From: Nitrosopumilus sp.
GTDB taxonomy: Archaea > Thermoproteota > Nitrososphaeria > Nitrososphaerales > Nitrosopumilaceae
Reading direction: 5' to 3'
NCBI GenBank assembly: GCA_965218785.1
Contig: OZ244650.1
Coordinates: 1,927,090 to 1,991,089 of the forward strand
DNA: 64,000 nt
Part shown: positions 59,973-64,000 of the stretch, one piece after another
Layout of the letters: each line of letters starts with the position of its first letter
Position numbering within the stretch: the first letter of the stretch is position 1
The notes under the pieces: model-generated
What the model saw: the letters and a program-made list of their open reading frames with translations, nothing else
Told to the model about the DNA's origin: nothing
The model's database searches: none
Made by a program: the position numbers and the translations under genes

Positions 59973-61433
59973 TTGCCCTATAAAGTAAGCCAAGGTAAAG
60001 CAGTGCATATAACATATTCACCAGAAGATGTCTTCTCCAGAATCCAAAAGGAGGGAATCCAGTTCCTCGATCTGCAGTTTACAGGTCTTACGGGACATTT
60101 TCATCACACTACAATCTCGACTGATACGTTTACCCCCGAACAAATGAGGGACGGGCTGCCAAAGCTGGACGGTTCGTCAATTGTCGGTTTTACCAGTATT
60201 AACGACTCGGATCTGCTGCTCAAGCCGGATCCAAACACGTTTGCAATAATTCCCTGGATGACTGAAAACAAGACGGCCAGACTTCTCTGCGATATTTACT
60301 GGGGGGAGAACCGGGGAAGGCTCTCAAGGGACCCCAGGGGAATTGCGCAAAAGGCAGAAGCGTACATCAAATCCCAGGGATTCGATTACAGCACCTGGGG
60401 ACCAGAAGTGGAGTTTTTTGTTTTTGACAAGGTACACTGGGATGTTTTAACACCATACAAGGGACAGTCATATTCAATTGAATCAAAGGAGGCTCCGTGG
60501 AGCCAGGAGGGAAACGGGTATCCGATGGGGCTGCAGGAGGGATACTATCCAAGTACTCCGTCAGACACCCTTACACCATACAGAAACGAGTGTGTAAACA
60601 TTCTAAATAGAAACTTTGGAATATTATGTGATAACCACCACCACGAGGTTGCAACTGCAGGACAGTGTGAGATTGACATCAAATACGATTATCTTACAAA
60701 TGCCGCAGATGCCGCCCAGTCCTACAAGTATGTCATCAGAAATATCGCACAAAAGTACGGCAAGGTAGCAACAATGATGCCAAAACCGATTGCGATGGAT
60801 TCGGGTTCTGGAATGCATGTCAACGTCAGCTTATGGAAGGGGGATCGAAACATGTTTTATGATTCAGAAGACGAGATTGAACTAAGCCAGACTGCAAGAT
60901 ATTTTTGCGGCGGAATCATCGATCATGCAAAGTCATTATCTGCAATTTGCAATCCCACCACCAACTCATACCACAGACTCGTGCCGGGATACGAGGCCCC
61001 GACATATATTGCGTGGAGTTCTGGAAACCGCTCAGCTATTGTCAGGGTTCCAAAACACCTCATAGGAAAAGAGTATGCCGATCTAAAGAGACTGGAGTTC
61101 AGGGCCCCTGATCCCTCATCGAATCCGTATCTTGTATTTGCCGCAGTAACTGCGGCCGGAATGGACGGGCTCAAAAAGAAGACGGAGCCGGGAGACCAGG
61201 TACGTGAGGACATATTTAAGATGACAAAATCGGATCGTCTCAAGAGGGGCATTGGTGTTCTGCCAAAAAGTCTTGGCGAGGCATTAAACGAGTTGGAAAG
61301 TGACAGGACGTTTCTCAAATCAATTTACACCGATGATGTCATTGACAAGATAATAGAACTGGAAAGAAGGGATCAGCGCGAGATATCCATCAGGCCGCAC
61401 CCACACGAGTTTTATCTATACTTTGACGTGTAA
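59973..61433 (+). CDS. glnA: Glutamine synthetase type I (second copy)
   Basis: LDGSSIVGF, GPEVEFF, HHEVATAGQCEI, MPKP..DSGSGMH, RLEFRAPDP. Confidence 0.95.
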   Translation: MPYKVSQGKAVHITYSPEDVFSRIQKEGIQFLDLQFTGLTGHFHHTTISTDTFTPEQMRDGLPKLDGSSIVGFTSINDSDLLLKPDPNTFAIIPWMTENKTARLLCDIYWGENRGRLSRDPRGIAQKAEAYIKSQGFDYSTWGPEVEFFVFDKVHWDVLTPYKGQSYSIESKEAPWSQEGNGYPMGLQEGYYPSTPSDTLTPYRNECVNILNRNFGILCDNHHHEVATAGQCEIDIKYDYLTNAADAAQSYKYVIRNIAQKYGKVATMMPKPIAMDSGSGMHVNVSLWKGDRNMFYDSEDEIELSQTARYFCGGIIDHAKSLSAICNPTTNSYHRLVPGYEAPTYIAWSSGNRSAIVRVPKHLIGKEYADLKRLEFRAPDPSSNPYLVFAAVTAAGMDGLKKKTEPGDQVREDIFKMTKSDRLKRGIGVLPKSLGEALNELESDRTFLKSIYTDDVIDKIIELERRDQREISIRPHPHEFYLYFDV

Positions 61434-61706
61434 TCATCTGGAAAAATAAAAGATAAAGTACGCCGAAACTGCCATCAGGGCAAATCCGGCACCCAGAAAT
61501 ATTCCCTTTTTGTTCTCAGAGGTGGCAGTTCTGTATAGCAGCACCCCGCCTGCAAGACCTGTAGATAATATCAGGACACCTACAAATACGCCGATAAAAC
61601 CCGTATCATTAATCAGCGGATAAAACAGCCCGGAGAGCAGTGCAAAAAATACGAGCAGATAAACATACTTGAAACCACTAAGCAGTTTGAATGATGTCTT
61701 GTTCAA
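61434..61706 (-). CDS. Small membrane protein
   Basis: Three TM helices. Confidence 0.7.
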   Translation of the reverse strand: MNKTSFKLLSGFKYVYLLVFFALLSGLFYPLINDTGFIGVFVGVLILSTGLAGGVLLYRTATSENKKGIFLGAGFALMAVSAYFIFYFSR

Positions 61707-61753
61707 TGTTTTTCGTCAATGTGATTATCAAATAAACTTTTGAAAAGGCAATA

Positions 61754-63460
61754 TTACATCATTCCGCCCATGTCAGGCATTCCGCCCATTCCACCCATAC
61801 CAGGCATTCCGCCCATTCCAGGTGGCATGCCTCCTCCTTCGCCTCCTCCGCCAGGCGGACCGCCTGCGGATTTCTGGGTGGCAATTACATCGTCAATTCG
61901 AAGAATCATGCATGCTGCCTCGGCAGATGCAGATACAATCTGGAGTTTGACTGCAAGGGGCTCGATAATATCACTTGATTTCATATTTGCAATCTTTCCC
62001 TTCATAACATCAATTCCGGTCCATTTTTCCCCCTTTTGCTGTTTTGAGCGAAGTGTGGTTAGTGTGTCAATCGGATCCATTCCGGCATTTTCAGCAAGTG
62101 TCAGCGGAATTGTTTCCAGGGCATCGGCAAATTTCTCTGCTGCCAGTTGCTCTCTTCCTTCGAGGGATTTTGCCCAGTTTCTTAATTTTGTTGCGGCAAA
62201 TGTTTCAGGAGCACCGCCGCCTGCAACAATTTCCGGCTTTTCAATTACATCTTTAACAACCATCAGGGCATCATGAACAGAGCGCTCAACCTCGTCAACC
62301 ACCCTTTGCGAGCCTCCACGAAGAAGTAATGTGACGGATTTTGGATGTTTGCAGCCTTCTACAAATACCCATTTGTCCTCCTCGATTTTTCTTTCTTCAA
62401 CAACGTCGGCACTGCCTAAATCCTTTTCAAAAAGATCATCAAGATTTGTAACTATTCTCGCACCGGTTGCCTTTGCAAGCTTTGTAAGATCACTTTCCTT
62501 TATTCGTCTGACTGCAATAATTCCGGCCTTGGCCAGATAGTGCTGTGCCATATCATCAAGACCCTTTTGACACAACACCACGTTTGCCCCAGAACCAATT
62601 ACCTTGTCAACCATCGTTTTTAGCATTCTGTTTTCTTCATCTAGAAATGATTTTAGCTGTTGTGGATTTGAAATATTAATTTTGGCATCTGTTTCAGTCT
62701 TGCTAATTTCCAATGCAGTGTTAATTAACGCAATTTTGGCATCGGTAATTTTTCTAGGCATCCCACCGTGTACAATCTCCTTGTCAAGGACGATGCCCTC
62801 AATAATAGACGAGTCCTTTATCGAGCCGCCGGCCTTTTTTTCCACCTTGACATCATCAATATCAACATCATAACTTTGACCGTCCTTTTCATGAACAGAA
62901 AGAATGGATTTTACAACAAGCGCGGCGAGCTGATCAGAGTCTTTTCTGACAAGTTTGGTCTGCATTGAAGTTTTTGCAATTTTAGTAAGAATGATTTTGT
63001 CATTTGCAGTCACCTTGTCTGCGATATCTTCAAGAAATTCTTTTGTCTTTTTTGCGGATTTTCTATAGCCATCTACAATAATTGTCGGATGGACATCCTG
63101 ATCAATTAATGATTCGGCGTGCTCTAGCAATGCGCCGGCCAGAACAACTACGGATGTAGTACCGTCTCCGACCTCGTTATCCGTGGTTTTTGAAATTTCA
63201 ACTAGCATCTTTGCGGCGGGGTGCTGGACGTCAATCTCCTTTAGAATCGTGGCGCCATCGTTTGTAATGGTAACATCGCCCAAAGAGTCAACTAGCATCT
63301 TATCCATGCCGCGTGGACCCAGGCTGGTATGAACGATTTCGGCAATGATTTTGGATGCGGCAATATTGTTTTTCTGCGCATCCCTGCCCTTGGTCTCCGA
63401 GCCTCCTTCCTTTAGTAATACGACAGGCATACTGCCTTTTGAGGTAGCCTGCATTCCCAT
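61754..63460 (-). CDS. ths: Thermosome (group II chaperonin) subunit
   Basis: [32 protein letters not shown]-rich tail; probable start ATG 63460. Confidence 0.96.
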   Translation of the reverse strand: MGMQATSKGSMPVVLLKEGGSETKGRDAQKNNIAASKIIAEIVHTSLGPRGMDKMLVDSLGDVTITNDGATILKEIDVQHPAAKMLVEISKTTDNEVGDGTTSVVVLAGALLEHAESLIDQDVHPTIIVDGYRKSAKKTKEFLEDIADKVTANDKIILTKIAKTSMQTKLVRKDSDQLAALVVKSILSVHEKDGQSYDVDIDDVKVEKKAGGSIKDSSIIEGIVLDKEIVHGGMPRKITDAKIALINTALEISKTETDAKINISNPQQLKSFLDEENRMLKTMVDKVIGSGANVVLCQKGLDDMAQHYLAKAGIIAVRRIKESDLTKLAKATGARIVTNLDDLFEKDLGSADVVEERKIEEDKWVFVEGCKHPKSVTLLLRGGSQRVVDEVERSVHDALMVVKDVIEKPEIVAGGGAPETFAATKLRNWAKSLEGREQLAAEKFADALETIPLTLAENAGMDPIDTLTTLRSKQQKGEKWTGIDVMKGKIANMKSSDIIEPLAVKLQIVSASAEAACMILRIDDVIATQKSAGGPPGGGGEGGGMPPGMGGMPGMGGMGGMPDMGGMM

Positions 63461-63559
63461 AGATGCAAAAACTCTAGATTCCCCTTTTATACCTTGCAGA
63501 TCAAGATGCGCAAATTTGATTATCGGTGTTTTTAAATTGGGAAAATCAGGTTGCAAAAC

Positions 63560-64000
63560 ATGGTCAAATCGCAGAATAAAGAGTCTTATGATAAAGTTTT
63601 CACAAAATTAAAGGAGCATCACAAATGGTTTGAGGATTCAATTCCGCTGATTGCAAGTGAGAATATTCCCAGTCCCGCAGTCAGGGAGGCGATAATTTCA
63701 GATTTTGGCAACAGGTATGCAGAAGGATGGCCCGGCGAGAGGGTTTATGCAGGCTGTATCTACATTGATGATGTAGAGTTTGAATGCATGAAGCTGGCCA
63801 AAAAACTCTACAACGCAAAGTTTGCAGATGTCAGGCCCATCTCCGGCGTCGTTGCAAATCTTGTGGTGTATTCTGCCTTTTCAAATCCGGGAGACGTGAT
63901 GCTGGCACCGTCCATTCCTGCAGGAGGCCACATCTCACACGGCAAAAAAGAACATTCGGGGACTGCGGGCCTGGTTCACGGATTGGAGATAGAGTTCTAT
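63560..64000 (+). CDS. glyA: Serine hydroxymethyltransferase (3' truncated by the window)
   Basis: LIASEN, RYAEGWPGERVYAG, RPISG..AN, GGHISHG. Confidence 0.93.
   Translation, partial: MVKSQNKESYDKVFTKLKEHHKWFEDSIPLIASENIPSPAVREAIISDFGNRYAEGWPGERVYAGCIYIDDVEFECMKLAKKLYNAKFADVRPISGVVANLVVYSAFSNPGDVMLAPSIPAGGHISHGKKEHSGTAGLVHGLEIEFY

Noticed and set aside
39824-61433. Two glutamine synthetase genes as a novelty
   Set aside because: Two GS-I paralogues are, to my knowledge, usual in Nitrosopumilus.
61754-61870. GGM/GGP repeats and the antisense Pro-rich ORF 61740..62276
   Set aside because: Normal chaperonin C-terminal tail; the antisense ORF is its shadow.

Overview
Archaeal chromosome segment from a Nitrosopumilus-like ammonia-oxidising archaeon (Nitrososphaerota/Thaumarchaeota). 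The assignment rests on the gene set: PCNA, TFS, Rpo11, GINS, thermosome, archaeal CCA enzyme, archaeal TyrRS, cobalamin genes bluB/cobJ, a PEFG-CTERM protein and two glnA copies. Most of the window is housekeeping and includes three tRNAs: Val-GAC, Pro-GGG and Arg-CCT, the last with a D-loop insertion. Several AT-rich accessory islands interrupt it. The standout is a compact, apparently intact three-gene operon at ~2.5-6.2 kb next to a decayed IS. Gene 1 is an ImmA/IrrE-type HExxH metallopeptidase fused to a TARG1/DarG-like macrodomain. Gene 2 is a P-loop nucleotide kinase fused to an adenylosuccinate-synthetase homologue that carries PurZ-type rather than PurA-type signatures (GSEGKG, RTYPIRV, TFAD). 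Gene 3 is a DarT-like ADP-ribosyltransferase. This looks like a candidate antiviral system coupling modified-purine nucleotide chemistry to ADP-ribosylation. Other accessory items are an intact DarT whose DarG partner is pseudogenised (35.6-36.8 kb), an orphan YwgA/DarG-C-like gene, a short DprA/SLOG gene and an HhH+NucS-like nuclease. There are also several small ORFs missed by the ORF track, including a 39-aa Cys/His-rich peptide and a tandem paralogous micro-protein pair. All calls come from motif recognition by eye; no database searches were run.
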